Positions 1 through 12,968 of a stretch of 64,000 nucleotides of DNA are shown in pieces. A program made the position numbers and the translations under genes. This stretch comes from Felis catus (Eukaryota). The stretch spans positions 74,464,001-74,528,000 of the forward strand of contig NC_058368.1 in NCBI RefSeq assembly GCF_018350175.1, read 5' to 3'. The notes beneath the pieces are model-generated. The model ran no database searches and was not told the DNA's origin. It saw nothing but the letters and a program-made list of their open reading frames with translations. How positions within the stretch are numbered: the first letter of the stretch is position 1; every line of letters starts with the position of its first letter.

Positions 1-360
1 TTCTTCTTTTATTCTACTGCCTTCTTTTTGATTAATTAAATGTTTCTTATGATTTTATTTTATTCCTTTCTTTAGGTTTTAACTATAACTCTGTTTTGTT
101 GTTTCAGTGGCTGCTATTTAGGGTTTATAGTACACACTTTTAACTTGTCACACCTTACTTTCCAGTGATTTTATAACCACTTTATATCTTAAAATAACCT
201 TGTTATCAAATATATCTCTTTTCCTCGACTTTGTGCTATTAAAGTCATACCTTTAATTTTGTACATCATAAACTCTACATTACATTGCAATTATTTTTAT
301 TAAAATCGTCAATTATCTTGTTAAGAGATTTAAATAATAAAAAAAATCTTAAATATTTAC
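1..360 (-). mobile_element. Old L1 fragment
   Basis: T-rich antisense L1M-like sequence. Confidence 0.55.
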
Positions 361-730
361 CCAAGTGGCGATTTCCTAGGTCCAGGATGAGGGTGATTCA
401 CCCAAGAGTCATTTGCACAAGGAACAAGATTTAGCAGGGACGCCAAAGAGAATTAGGAAGACAGGTAATATTTAATGAAATAAAATATTTAATGTTAAAT
501 TAAAGAAAAATATTCTTGATAAACACAATATCAACAGTTTAAATAAAATCAAAATATGACTCTGTACATTCATGACCCAAGACTCACACATGCAGTGTGG
601 AGGCACACAGAGCAACCCAATCTCACATTTGTGTTTCCTTCAAAGAATCCTTTCTTGGTGGTGAGAGAAAGTGATAGGTTGTATACTGTTTAATTTTTTT
701 AATTAAAAATTATTTTATTTTATATTAAAA

Positions 731-945
731 AATTTTAATGTTAATTTATTTTTGAGAGAGACAGAGACAGAGACTGAGCATGAGTGGGGAACGGGCAGAG
801 AGAGCTGGAGACACAGAATCCTAAGCAGGCTCCAGGCTTTGAGCTGTCAGCACAGAGCCCGATGCAGGGCTCAAACTTACAAACTGTGAGATCATGACCC
901 GAGCCTAAGTCCAGCACTTCACTGACTGAGCCACCCAGGCACCCC
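731..945 (-). mobile_element. CanSINE nested in the tail of the next SINE
   Basis: tRNA-derived head, (CT)n, A tail. Confidence 0.95.
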
Positions 946-954
946 ATTAAAAAT

Positions 955-961
955 TTTTATT

Positions 962-1006
<45 letters not shown>

Positions 1007-1173
1007 ACAAGCAAGGAAGAGCATAGAGAAAGAGGGAGACACAGAGTCTGAAGCAGGCTCGAGGCTCTGAGCTGTCAGCACAGTGCCTGACTCAGGGCTC
1101 AAACCCATGAATTCCAAGATCATGACCTTAGCTGAAGTCTGATGCTTAACCAGCTGAGCCATCCAGGTGCCCC
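955..1173 (-). mobile_element. CanSINE
   Basis: Long (GA)n; degenerate TSD ggttgt..tgttt. Confidence 0.95.
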
Positions 1174-1689
1174 GGTTGTGTATGTTGTTTATAGAGGTTA
1201 TCCACAGTACTTATTGGTAAGAGAGAGAGTTTTTATTTTATTACAAATACATATTTATGTGAGTTAAAATATAGGAGAATGTTGCTAAGTAATTTAAAAC
1301 TGATTTATTAATATATTTGGCTTTTCATAAATAAAACTTGATTTAATAACAAACATTTCCTGAAAAAACATTTTAGTCATGAAAATAAAATTATCAAGAG
1401 TATGTACACTCACTGACCTAAAAGGGTAATAAATATCTCCCTTCCATTCACTTCTTTATATTTAAACAAATATTTTTCACTAATGTTTTTTTCATTAATT
1501 ATGCCTGGAAACTCTATGTATAATTTTCAACTATTTTTAACTACCATTTTTAGTGATTTCATAAAAGTTTTCTATGTACCTATGTGTTATGTATTATAAC
1601 TTGTATGAAATAACTTAATATGTTAATATATTGATTGTATAGTATGCTTACTGTAATTTAATGTGCATTAATTGAAATAGATATGCTTT

Positions 1690-1899
1690 GAGGTGCCTGG
1701 GTGGCTCAGTTTGTTAAGTGTCAGACTTTTACTCAGGTCATGATTTCAGGGCTCATGGGTTCCAGCCCCGCATGGGGCTCTTTGCTGACAGTAGAGCCTG
1801 GAGCCTGCTTTGTATTCTGTCTCTGTCTCTCTCTGCCCCCCATTGCTCATGCTCTCTCTCTCTCTCTCTCAAATATAAACATTAAAAAAAATAAAATAG
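1690..1899 (+). mobile_element. CanSINE
   Basis: TSD aatagata.g.ttt. Confidence 0.95.
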
Positions 1900-1963
1900 A
1901 ATAGATACGTTTTAAATCTGTACTAAAATTAGTCTATAAGTATAGCATTTAAAAAGCCAAGTA

Positions 1964-2208
1964 GGGGCACCTGGCTGGCTCACGTTTAAGCATCCAGTTT
2001 TGGCTCAGGTCATGATCTCTGGGTCCATTAGTTCGAACCCCACATCGGGCTCTGTGATGACAGCTCAGAGCCTGGAGTCTGTTTCAGATTCTCATTCTGT
2101 CTCTTTGTCTCTCTGCCCCTCCCTTGCTTGCTTTCTGTCTCTGTCTCGCTCATTCTCTCAAAAATAAACAAACATGACAAAAAATAAATCAATAAAAATA
2201 AAAACATA
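1964..2208 (+). mobile_element. CanSINE
   Basis: TSD aaaagccaagta. Confidence 0.95.
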
Positions 2209-2581
2209 AAAAGCCAAGTAGTCAGCATTCAGGAAAAGAAGGAAAACTGGTACAGAAGGGGATCAGAATTATAAAAGATAATAATTTAGCCAGAAAAACA
2301 CAGTATGCCTTCTACTGTGATAAAAGTGATCTGAAATGCATGAGTTTCTAACACTGAGATTATTAATATAGGATTATTACATTCATAATTAAGGAATTAT
2401 GATTCATTAATTAATGAGTCAATTATTAAAGATTTTCTTTGCAGTCAAAGAATTTTCTTTGAAGTGTAAAAAAAGAATTCCAGAAAATAAAATGTGAGGA
2501 ACTATAGAAACTAGTGAGTATGTAGGTGAGCGAGAAAATAAGAACATACCTTTGAAATACATTTCATTAATCCTCTAATTT

Positions 2582-2791
2582 GGGGCGCCTGGGTGGCGCA
2601 GTTGGTTAAGCGTCCGACTTCAGCCAGGTCACGATCTCGCGGTCCGTGAGTTCGAGCCCCGCGTCAGGCTCTGGGCTGATGGCTCAGAGCCTGGAGCCTG
2701 TTTCCGATTCTGTGTCTCCCTCTCTCTCTGCCCCTCCCCCGTTCATGCTCTGTCTCTCTCTGTCCCAAAAATAAATAAACGTTGAAAAAAA
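2582..2791 (+). mobile_element. Young SINEC_Fc
   Basis: CpG-rich; TSD aatcctctaattt. Confidence 0.97.
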
Positions 2792-3444
2792 AATCCTCTA
2801 ATTTGGCCACTTATTACCTATTTCACATATAAAAGATTTTAATAGACCATGGACATGGCCAAAGACAAGATACAATTTTAGATAATATATATAATAGATG
2901 AAGCTTTTTAAAAGACTCTTAAAATATAAATTATAATAATGAGTTGATTCATTGGAACTGGCTTATTTATTCCAGAGAATTCTCTTCATTTGTTTTCTTT
3001 TCTTTTTTTTTTTAATCAATTTTAAGTTTTTATTTTAATTCCAGTTAGTTACCATGCAGTGTTGTATTGGTTTCAGATGTGCAATAGAGGGATTTCTCTG
3101 TTTGTTTTCAGTGCATGCTTTTTTGCAGAAATGAAAGATAAAGTATTAACAACTAAAGAAAGAAAGTGTTAAATATTGGAAAAATTAAGATTTGAGACTA
3201 CAAAAATTAAGATCTCTGTATTTTATGTGTTTATTTATGTCTTTATTTATTTATGTGTTTATGTATTTATTTATTGCTTTGTCAAATGAAAGTATTTTTT
3301 AACTGATAGTCCAATAGATAGTACTTTGCAGACGGCAATAAAATTGGAGAAACAAATGGGACAGAGTATTTTGTGAGTGATTTTAAATACTATGTTTTGT
3401 GCAAATAATAAGTTACTGCTAATAACAAACAATCTCCACATTTC

Positions 3445-3646
3445 TTTTAATGTTTATTTATTTTTGAGAGAGGGAGATAGAGAGCGAGCAGGGGAGGGGC
3501 AGAGAGACAGGGAGACAGGATCCCAAGCAGGCTCCGTGCTGTCAGCACAGAGCCTGGTGCGGGGTTCAAACCCATGAACCGTGAGATCGTGACCTGAGCT
3601 AAAATCAAGAGTCAGATGCTTAACCAACTGAGCCACCCAGGTGCCC
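3445..3646 (-). mobile_element. CanSINE
   Basis: Head, body and tail recognisable. Confidence 0.95.
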
Positions 3647-4309
3647 GGTATTCTCTACATTTTCATACAAAGTGTCCACATTGAATGATATTTTGGAGCA
3701 TGTGGGAAATGTTAATAAAGATTGTCCCCAAAAAAATTCCCAAAATATGAATATATATAAAGCTGCATGATTAATGGAAGACTTGACACTTTACGTGCAA
3801 CAAATGAGGGAAAGTGGCTTTGAAAGCACATTTGACAAATGTAAAGCTTTAGCAAGAGACATAAATAATGCTACCTGAATTTGCAAAAAAGTGAAAACGA
3901 AAATAAACGAATAGAATTGTGTAATATGCCAAATCAGAATCAAACAGGGTGGTAAAATCCTATGTCAAGTACAAATTAGGGAGATTATAGATTTTATTAT
4001 TATCTAATTAATGGATAGAATAATTATTGTAGATGACAATAATATCGGTCATTTGTCATTTAGAATCCAAATTGTGTCTGCATCTTCTACAACTTATTCA
4101 TGACATCTTCTTAGTGAAATCTTATCCACATTTCAAAGCACTTGAGAATATTTTTTAACAGCTGGTCACAGAAGCATCCTGTGATAGAAGTTGCATTAAG
4201 GTGAAGTTAATTAACATTTATTTAAGTCATCATTTAGTTAAGAGAAATTGGCAAATATGGCAATTCTGTCCTTTGCAAATGAGATAATCAAACCAGTAGA
4301 TGTTTTAAC

Positions 4310-5900
4310 AGATGAATTGAGGTATAACTGATCTACAAAATTACCGCACATATTTAATGCATACAATCCTGATGATTTTGGGCATCTGCATAGGTTAGTG
4401 AAACCATCATGCACAATCAAGGCCATAAAATATAATGGATGGGTTTACTCTAGCTACTTTTAATATTTCTGGTAGTATAGGTCAGCTGATGATGGATCAT
4501 TTCAAGTTTTGTAGGTCTTAAAATGAAAGGTCTTTATTTCACCACGTTTTTTGTAAGATGGTATTTTTTCTGGGTATAGAGTGCTCAGTAATAGCTCTTT
4601 CTTTCTGTACTTTAAAAACGGTGCCCCACTGTCTTCTTGTGTTTTTTTTCCAAGGAGAAATTGATTATCATCCGAATTTTTCCTTTGCATATCATATGCA
4701 CCTCCACCTACCAGTTGCCTTTCACATTTTGTCTTTATATATTTGGTTTTTAGTAACTTGATTATGGGGTGCCTGGATATCATTTTCTACATTTTTCTTG
4801 ATTGGCTGTTCACAGAGTCTCCCAGATTTGTGGCTTCAGAGCCTTTTCGTGTGAAAAACTTTCAGTCACTATTACTTCAAACAGTTTTCCATCCTCCCTT
4901 CCCATTTTCTTCTTTAAAGACTCAATTTACAAGTGTTTTAGGACACTTGAAGTCATTCCACTGCTTGGGTTCCCCATATAGTTTATCCAATTCTTTTCTT
5001 TCTGTCTCATTTTATTTCATTTTGCTGCAATATCTTCAAATTCCCTTAAATTTTTATCCCTAATATCTAACCTGACATACTTGAATATATACATTATATA
5101 TATTTATATATATTTAATAGGTATTAGAATATCTTTATATATACATATATATATCAGACAATAAAGTATGTATTATAGTATATAGTAAAGTATATTATAT
5201 ATATAATCTCAGACATTAACATTTTGCTTCTAAGTTTTCTGTCTTGTTGATATCTTCTATGACTTTACTTAATTTTTTTGAACATATACAATACAGTTAC
5301 AATAGCTATCTCAATGCACTTGCCTGCTAATCCCTACATCTCTGGAAGCTTGGGATTGGTATAGAATGATTGATATTTTGTTCTTATTATGGGGTAGATT
5401 TTCCTGCCCCCTTTCTTGATGGCAATTTTGGACTGAGTGTCAGATATGGTGCATTTAATCTCGTTGAAGGCTACCTACCTTTGTATTCTTCTAACTTAAT
5501 ATTCTTCTATTCTTAGACTCTGTTCTGGGGTCTTGTTTTTATAAACAGATGTATCTGTGTGTTTCTCGCTTTTGACATATTATACTAGGAGGAGAGCTTG
5601 CTCTTGCTAAGTGTATGTAGCTGCCAGTGTTGAGGCAAGACCCTGGGTCCTTCATCCAATGCCCAAGGGGTCATGAGGTTTTCCTGCCTGTGTCCTTGTG
5701 AATAATAGACACTTTTCTTCTTAAGAATTTTCGGGAGGTCCTATCCCTACTTTCATCACGTTCTCAGTTTGATGGCACAACGGGGCTCTCTGCATATCTC
5801 CAGAGTTCTGTCTCTGTGTGGCAATGTCCTGGCCTGTGCTCTGTCCTGTAACCTCTAGTGTCCTTGGTGTGTGAGTCTCGACGCCATCTTCGATTTTGTT
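4310..5900 (-). mobile_element. Old L1 fragments (3' end piece, then ORF1/5' region)
   Basis: ttgaggtataa..L1 3' motif; minus ORF 4502-4783 with HIIIKLLK-like and LYP.K+ ORF1 motifs. Confidence 0.65.
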
Positions 5901-6041
5901 GGTCTGTGTCAGGAGACTCAGGCTGTTAGAGTGCCTGCCATTGCCAACAGGTGGATTCCAAAGTCACTGTGGACATTGGCATCCAGATGGCAGATAGAAG
6001 ATTATGGAGAGCCCACTGGCTTCTAAAATACTGTGGCCTTT

Positions 6042-6263
6042 GGGGCACCTGGGTGGCTTAGTCGGTTGAGTGTCCAACTTCAGCTCAGGTCATGATCTCA
6101 CGGTTTGTGAGTTCAAGCCCCGTGTGGGACTCCGTGCTGACAGCTCAGAGCCTGGAGCCTGCTTCCGATTCTGTGTCTCCCTCTCTCTCTGCCCCTCCCC
6201 CATTCATGCTCTGTCTCTCTCTGTCCCAGAAATAAATAAACCTTATTATTATTATTTTTTTTT
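6042..6263 (+). mobile_element. CanSINE
   Basis: TSD aatactgtggcct. Confidence 0.95.
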
Positions 6264-6276
6264 AATACTGTGGCCT

Positions 6277-6517
6277 GAGGCATCTGGGTGGCTCAGTGGG
6301 TGAAGCTTCCTACTCTTGATTTTGTCTCAGGGCATGATCTCAGGATTCATGAGATCAAGCCCCACATGGGGCTCTGTGCTGACAGTTTGGAGTCAGCTTG
6401 GGATTCTGTTTCTCCCCCCCTCTCTCTGCCCCTCTACCCTGCTTTCACTCGTGTGCACAATCTCTCTCTTTCTCAAAAGAAAGAAATAAACATGCAAGAA
6501 AGAAAGAAAAGAAAGAA

Positions 6518-6565
<48 letters not shown>

Positions 6566-6566
6566 A

Positions 6567-6614
<48 letters not shown>

Positions 6615-6655
6615 GGGAGGGAAGGAAGGAGGGAGGGAGGGAGGGAGGAAGAAAG
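6277..6655 (+). mobile_element. CanSINE with expanded (GAAA)n(GGAG)n tail
   Basis: Microsatellite about 6497-6655. Confidence 0.95.
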
Positions 6656-7126
6656 ATATGCTGGGGTCTGGAGTTGATACACATCAGTTCTATTTCCATT
6701 GGTGAGAAGTAGTCATACAGACTCAAGTCAGATAAGGATAGTCAATGACATTCTTAGTGGGGGAGCCATTTTCCAGCAACAACTATATTATGAAATGGAA
6801 ACTAGCACATTGTTCAGTGAATCATTTTGTGCCTAATACTTAGAGGACAAAAACTTTAATTTTTATGGGAAAACATGGTATTATTAAAAAAAAAAAAGAT
6901 TTGCTATCTTTGCATCTTTTTTTCCCCAAAACTAAATCCACTCTTGCCTTTGCTTCCTTGAAATGACACTGAGGTTGTCTTCCAGAAATTAACCAGTCAA
7001 GCCAAATTGATTTCATTGCCTAAGTGCTACTACATTGGAGGGTGTTGCAAAAGGGAGTGTTAACCAAGGAAACCAGCCACAGTTATGCTTTCTAGATGTT
7101 GTTGCCTCTTAAAAGGATTAGCTTTC

Positions 7127-7352
7127 GGGGCACCTTGGGGGCTCAGTCGGTTGAGCATCTGACTCTTGATTTTGTCTCAGGTCTCGATCTCACAGTCCTG
7201 AGATCAGATCATGGAGCCGCTGTGGGGTTCTCCCCTGAGTGTGGAACTTGCTTGGGATTCTCTCTCTGCCTCTCTCTCTCTATCGCACCCCCCGCTTCAT
7301 CACGCGCTTACATGCACACCCTCTCTCTCTCAAAACAAACATTAAAAAAAAA
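7127..7352 (+). mobile_element. CanSINE, older subfamily
   Basis: Diverged head, body and tail. Confidence 0.9.
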
Positions 7353-8097
7353 TTTGTAAAAAGTCTCAGCTTCCATTAGCTGTAGAAAATATATTTCTTG
7401 CATATTGTCTGAGCAGAAACATCCCAACCTTGTAAAATAGTTGGGATAATTTTAAAGCACATTATTATTATTTTTAATTTGTTAGACGTGTTATTTTAAA
7501 TAGAGTAGAAAAAATAAATATAGTGGAACAAGTTTAAAGAATATTTGCCTTGGTACAGTTAAATCTCACATATCTTTACAATAAAAGAAAGCTTCACCTT
7601 CTATGTTCAAATCTTTTAACATAGTTTTAAATTTTACTTTTATATATTAAGGGGAATTAACAGTGTGTGCTTCATGCTGTCTAAAAACTAAAAATGTCTC
7701 ATATTTAGCACATTTAATGGCTCTTGTCATTTATGTTAGTTCAAGACAATGTTAAGAATACTCATGTTGTAATTTGCTGAATTACAGGAAAAAATTATTG
7801 ATCTTTTCTTATAAAAATAACATTGCTGCTATAAAAATCGCATATTCACACAAACTCGAATATTTTATATAAAATTTAACCCTGTGAAGCAATTAAGGAT
7901 ATATTTTAATAGCTACTAGGTGGCGATCTGATTTCATAGTAAAATCAATTTACTGTATTCATGTTTATTTAAAATTTTTAAATTATTCTTTTGTTACATC
8001 CTTTATTTGTCTTTGCCATTTGTGTCTTGATTCAGAAGCCACTTGCAAGGTGACCTATCATCTCTCGTGCCTCTAAAGTTCTGTCAGTAATATTTCT

Positions 8098-8329
8098 TTT
8101 TTATTTTTTTAATTTAATTTTTTTTTCAACGTTTATTTATTTTTGGGACAGAGAGAGACAGAGCATGAACAGGGGAAGGGCAGAGAGAGAGGGAGACACA
8201 GAATCGGAAACAGGCTCCAGGCTCTGAGCCATCAGCCCAGAGCCTGACGCGGGGCTCGAACTCACGGATCGCGAGATCGTGACCTGGCTGAAATCGGACG
8301 CTTAACCGACTGCGCCACCCAGGCGCCCC
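8098..8329 (-). mobile_element. Young SINEC_Fc
   Basis: TSD tgtcagtaatatttct. Confidence 0.97.
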
Positions 8330-8639
8330 TGTGTCAGTAATATTTCTAAGGAGCATCATGATGAGTGGTAGATCAGAATCATCTTACTAATCAGTAAAAT
8401 GTTCTCATTTTTCCTACTGGTTGTCAAAAGAGATTTCGTATTTCTGCAAGCGTGCACCTATTCTCATTCTGTTACTTATGACTAGTTAAACCTACTGTGG
8501 TTTCTACTGCTTTCCTAAACCACTTGAATATATTTTCTGCAGATTCAGAAAGAAAATGCAGATAAGTCAGAATACAACAAATGCAAAAAAAAAAATTAAA
8601 TGTACAACCAGGTAAAGCAAAAGCATTTGCAATAAAATT

Positions 8640-8749
8640 TTAACGCTTTATTGCTTTCTCCGAATTTGCAGCGCCCATAACACCCACCAACAGCACAGAT
8701 TCAGAGAAGCCTGGCTGCCAGACTTCCAGTCAAAATTGCATTTATTTTA
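8640..8749 (-). pseudogene. ZP pseudogene: terminal TM-like exon
   Basis: ccttttag acceptor; KINAILTGSLAA(fs)SVLLVGVMGAA..KAIKR*: hydrophobic run then basic residues. Confidence 0.45.
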
Positions 8750-8759
8750 CTAAAAGGTG

Positions 8760-9750
8760 CAGGTTTTCCACTTCGAAAATCTTAATAAGGTGTAGTAGTA
8801 ACTGATCATTATACTCTGCATTCCCTTCATGAATAATGATCTTCAGCTTATGTGCACATTATTTTGGTGAAGCTTCTGTTCAAGTCTTTTGCTTGTTTTT
8901 AATTGGATTGTTCACGTTGTTAATGCTGAGTATTGAGAGTTCTTCATAAATTCTGGACGGAATTCCTGCTCAGATATGTGGTATGCAAATATTATCTCTC
9001 TGTGTGCAGCTTAGTTTTTCATTTCTTAACAATGTCTTTCTCGAAAACAAAAGCTCTCCTTTTATTCTATCAAATTTATCATTTTGCTTATTGTGTTGTA
9101 TCCAAGAACCCCTTGCCCTAACCACAGTTGACAAGTATTTTATTGTATGTTATCTTCTATAAGTTTGATGTTTCACATTTAGATTCACATTCCACTTGGA
9201 GCTTACTTTGTGTATGATGTGAAGTTCAAGTACAGATTCATTTTTTTTTTTTTTTTTAATGTGTGGCTCTCCCAACACTATTTGCTGAAAAGGCTATCCT
9301 TCCCCCATTGAATCAGTTTTGCCCCTCTGCCGAGAAATCAATTCTTCACATTTGTTTGGATATCTCGTTCCCTTGATGTAGTTGTCTGGCTTCACTGAAA
9401 CAGCACAGTGCTTTGGTTACTGTAACTTTTTAATAAGTTTTAAAATTGCCTAGCATAATTTCTTCAAGTTTTTGGTACCCAATTTTTTTTTTTAAGTTTA
9501 ATTAATTATTTATTTATTTTTCCAAAGAGAGAGAGCAAACATTAAAGGGGGAGGGCAAAGAGACTGGGAGACAGGGAATGCCAAGCAGGCTCCATGCTGC
9601 CAGTGCAGAGCCCAAAGTGGGTCTCGAACCCATGAACCGTGAGATCATGACCTGAGCCGAAATCAAGAGTCCGATGCTTAACTGACTGAGCCGCTCAGGT
9701 GCCCCAGTATCCAAATTGTTTTAGTTCTTCTTGTTCCTTTACTTTTCCAT
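8760..9750 (-). mobile_element. Old L1 ORF2 fragment
   Basis: cccaacactatttgctgaaaaggctatcctttccccattg-type antisense ORF2 sequence. Confidence 0.7.
9483..9705 (-). mobile_element. CanSINE
   Basis: Within L1. Confidence 0.95.
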
Positions 9751-10092
9751 TCACAGGATGGACCGATCATGTTGAGAACAAGCCACTTTTGTTCCCCTTG
9801 CCAGTATTCTCTTGTTTACTTACACTATGTTTCTCGTGAACATTAGGGGAAAAGAAAAGGCACTGTTGTGCACTGGAAGTTTTCATATTTGCAGCTAAGT
9901 GAGGAGAAACCACAGAGCCACCCTTTCAGATCACCTGGGTATTTTTTTTTCTTTTTTCTTTTTTTTTTTTTTTTTTTTTTTTACTATTTATAGAGTTGTT
10001 TGTCTGTTTTTAAGTTAATACTATTATAGTGTTATATATGGTAGCTACTCATGTGAACACAGCATAAAGAACAGAGTTATTGAATCACTTTG

Positions 10093-10307
10093 TTTTAATT
10101 TTTTTAAGCGTTTATTTTTGAGAGACAGAGAGAGACAGAGGAGGAGTGGGGGAAGGGCAGAGAGATGGGGAGACGCAGAATTCGAAGCAGGCTCCAGGCT
10201 CCGAGCTGTCAGCACAGAGCCCATCGCGGGGCTCGAACCCACAAACGGTGAGATCATGACCTGAGCCGAAGTTGGATGCTTAGCCGACTGAGCCACCCAG
10301 GCACCCC
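10093..10307 (-). mobile_element. CanSINE inside an L1 3' fragment
   Basis: TSD aatcact..gttt. Confidence 0.95.
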
Positions 10308-10716
10308 AAATCACTGTTTTACACCTGAAACTACTGTAACATTGTGTGTCAACTATAGGCACACACACACACACACACAAAGATATATAATAAAACAAAA
10401 AAATAAAATAAAAATAAAAATAAGTCGATACTATTGCCCAGGCTTGAATCCCAATCAATAAAAACTACATCCCTATGGATGGGAACTGGGCATCTGGACC
10501 TTTTAACATCTTCCGAGGCGATTCGGATGTGAAGTGTGCGGGGAAGCACTCTTCGAGAAGGAAGTCTGAAGAAAAGACAGAGGCCACTGGGTCTTCCAAA
10601 GAACATTTCTGACGAGCACTGTCCAGATCAGCAGGGCTCATGCTTGCCAGTGATGCACAGCGTCACAGTGTCTCTGTCACCGGGTTCCGCCACGCACAGG
10701 TCTTTCCTCCTCTTAC

Positions 10717-10891
10717 TTGCCTCCAGGAGCAATTATCTCAACTGTCAGAGGTTCACAAAAGAATTTTCCTTAAAAGCGCTTCAGAAGGCTTTTTCCTTTC
10801 TCAATCATTACCTTAACGGACAATTTTATTCACAAGCAAATCATCTGACAGGGATATCTTCAGATAAGTTTTTGGTTCGACACGCCGATGC
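10717..10891 (-). pseudogene. ZP pseudogene: two small post-ZP2 exons (10812-10891 and 10717-10741)
   Basis: Both AG/GT-bounded; ASACRTK../DDLLVNKIV parallels DKCKT../DFLGAEKVL of module 1. Confidence 0.45.
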
Positions 10892-10979
10892 CTTTCAGTA
10901 AAATGAAAGGACATGGAAACATAATGACAAGGAGAAAATATAAAGCTTTATAAAGGTATCTCAAAATTGCCCAGCTTAC

Positions 10980-11160
10980 CATGAACTTCCACAGACTTGC
11001 TCTGTTCTAGCAGGAATGGAAGTTTTGTTTCATTTATAATTGCAATAGTATATATTCCAGAGTCAGAATAAACAGAATCAACTCATCCCCCATCGAAAAG
11101 TCAGAAGGGAAATCTTTTCGTGTCTAGTTCTAATATTTTCAAGCCATTCTTGGTTCACAG
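10980..11160 (-). pseudogene. ZP pseudogene: ZP-C2 end
   Basis: tttacttag acceptor, TG|gtaagc donor; KNGLK..TKRFPF*LF..*VDSVYSD..(fs)YYC resembles uromodulin-type [25 protein letters not shown]. Confidence 0.62.
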
Positions 11161-11222
11161 CTAAGTAAATCACGGTGAACAAGATGTTTTGCTTACTGTC
11201 TGGTTAAATGCTTTGTTTTGAA

Positions 11223-11401
11223 ATTTTTTTTTAAGTTTATTTATTTATTTTGAGACAGAGAGAGAGAGAGAGAGAGAGAGCGCGCATGAACGGTGCTCAG
11301 CATGGAGCCCCACGTGGGTCTCGAAACTAGGAAACTGAGATCATGACCTGAGCCAAAATCAAGAGTCAGTCACTTAATGGACTGAGCCACCTAGGTGCCC
11401 C
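11223..11401 (-). mobile_element. CanSINE, internally deleted
   Basis: Head, (GA)n and tail. Confidence 0.9.
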
Positions 11402-11520
11402 AAATGTTATTTTTAATCAGACAAACTTTAATTCATATTATACTAACACACTTTAGTTACCAATATAAATCTTGACTATTCTCCTGCTTCCTCCTAAATG
11501 CTCTTAAGAAGGAAAAGCCT

Positions 11521-11700
11521 GGGGACTGACTTCAGCTCAGGTCATGATCTCATGGTCATGGGACTGAGCCCCGCGTCCAGTTCTGTGCTGACAGTGCAGA
11601 GCCTGCTTGGGATTCTCTCTCCGTCTCTCTCTTTCTATCTGTGCCCCTCTCCTACTCATGCTTTCTCTGTCTCTCTCAAAATAAATAAACATTAAAAAAA
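11521..11700 (+). mobile_element. CanSINE, head deleted
   Basis: TSD aagaaggaaaa.cct. Confidence 0.92.
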
Positions 11701-11820
11701 AGAAGGAAAACCCTGAGCCTATAATTTATTGTATTTGTTTTTGTCTTTTTTATTTTTTTCAGTTGGAAACCACTGGGATTCAACAAACATTTACTCCATA
11801 AATAGAAATTCATTATTCAA

Positions 11821-12040
11821 GGGGTGCCTGGGTGGCTCAGTCAGTTAAGCATCCGACTTTTGCTCAGGTCATGATCTCACAGTCTGTGAGTTCGAGCCTC
11901 GCATCAGGCTCTGTGCTGACCGCTCAGAGACTGGAGCCTGCTTCGGATTCTGTGTCTCCCTCTCTCTCTCTGCCCATCCACCGCTCATGCTCTGTCTCTC
12001 TCTGTCTCTCAAAAATAAATATGCATTAAAATAAAGAGAA
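11821..12040 (+). mobile_element. CanSINE
   Basis: TSD ttcattattca. Confidence 0.95.
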
Positions 12041-12215
12041 AGAAGTTCATTATTCAGAAAGATCTCTTTGAAACCTCCTGGGTGAAACTTATTATCCTAA
12101 AGTCTTTCTCTTGTTGGTGGCAAATATGTTTTCACAGACAACGTATTAAATGTGGCAGTAATTTCACTATAAAAAGTTATACTACTGCATGATTATGGAA
12201 CACAAAATGAATTAC

Positions 12216-12358
12216 CTGGGCTTTTTTGTAAAGGAGTGTGAACACATTCTATTTCAAACATTGTATACCTTTTGTTCATAAAAGCACTATTTGGGTGTTG
12301 ATCATTAAAGACGCCATAGTTGTAAAGGGAGACATATTTGCCAAAAGAATAAAGCAGA
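12216..12358 (-). pseudogene. ZP pseudogene: ZP-C2 middle
   Basis: Phase-2 join to previous exon stays open: SLLYSFGKYVSL...MFEIECVHTPLQKSP, similar to 'L.LE.C.ATP'; donor CAG|gtaatt. Confidence 0.62.
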
Positions 12359-12422
12359 CTTTAGATAGTTTTGCTCATAAACTTTGTCACCTAGATTTAT
12401 GTAAATTCACTGAACTCATCAC

Positions 12423-12654
12423 CTTGTAAAAGTATATGGCTTATAGTTTCCGTAAGAATATGACTTGTCTTTGTACAGCAGAAAAATGGCAGTGGACAGC
12501 ACGAGGCTGATATCACCCGTCGTAGATGGGTCCCCATCTTCAAAGAAATAAAGTGCTTGGAAGTGTAGTATCTCATACATTTTGTCAAATACGCAATGTT
12601 CTTGCAAAGAAAAAAGTCCGTTTGCCCAATTTATTGAAAGAAAGTAACAAAGGC
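12423..12654 (-). pseudogene. ZP pseudogene: ZP-N2 end and ZP-C2 start
   Basis: catctccag acceptor, AAG|gtgatg donor; open frame FSLQEHCVFD...YFFEDGDPSTTGDISLVLSTAIFLLYKDKSYSY; LYKD.SY is typical of the ZP-C start. Confidence 0.7.
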
Positions 12655-12729
12655 CTGGAGATGTTAAGTGACAAAATAGGAGTTGGAATTTGAGGGCAGA
12701 GCCAACCGAGGCTCAGGGTTCCTTCTTAA

Positions 12730-12927
12730 GTTTTTAATTTTAAACACATGGATTTTTAGGAAGTTGCAAAGTGATCTAGATGGTGGTCCCACATATCCTC
12801 CTCTCCGTTTCCTTCAGTAGTAATATGCTGCCTAACCATTGGATAATACCGAAACCTACAAATTGACCCTGGTACAGTATACCCAGCTTATTCAGATTTT
12901 GTCTGTTATGTATGTACTCGCTTGGGT

Positions 12928-12968
<41 letters not shown>

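Larger units (their letters stand above)
363..4310 (+). mobile_element. Decayed hAT DNA transposon (Tip100/Zaphod-like) with transposase remnants
   Basis: AGTGGCG terminus-like start; TTF zinc-finger remnant NWLIYS...FQCMLF (~2955-3125); hATC dimerisation remnant VTEASCDRS..KVKLINIYL...EKLANMAILS (~4123-4302). Confidence 0.75.

Noticed and set aside
6288..6726. K/E/R-rich and F/S/L-rich ORFs
   Set aside because: (GAAA)n microsatellite
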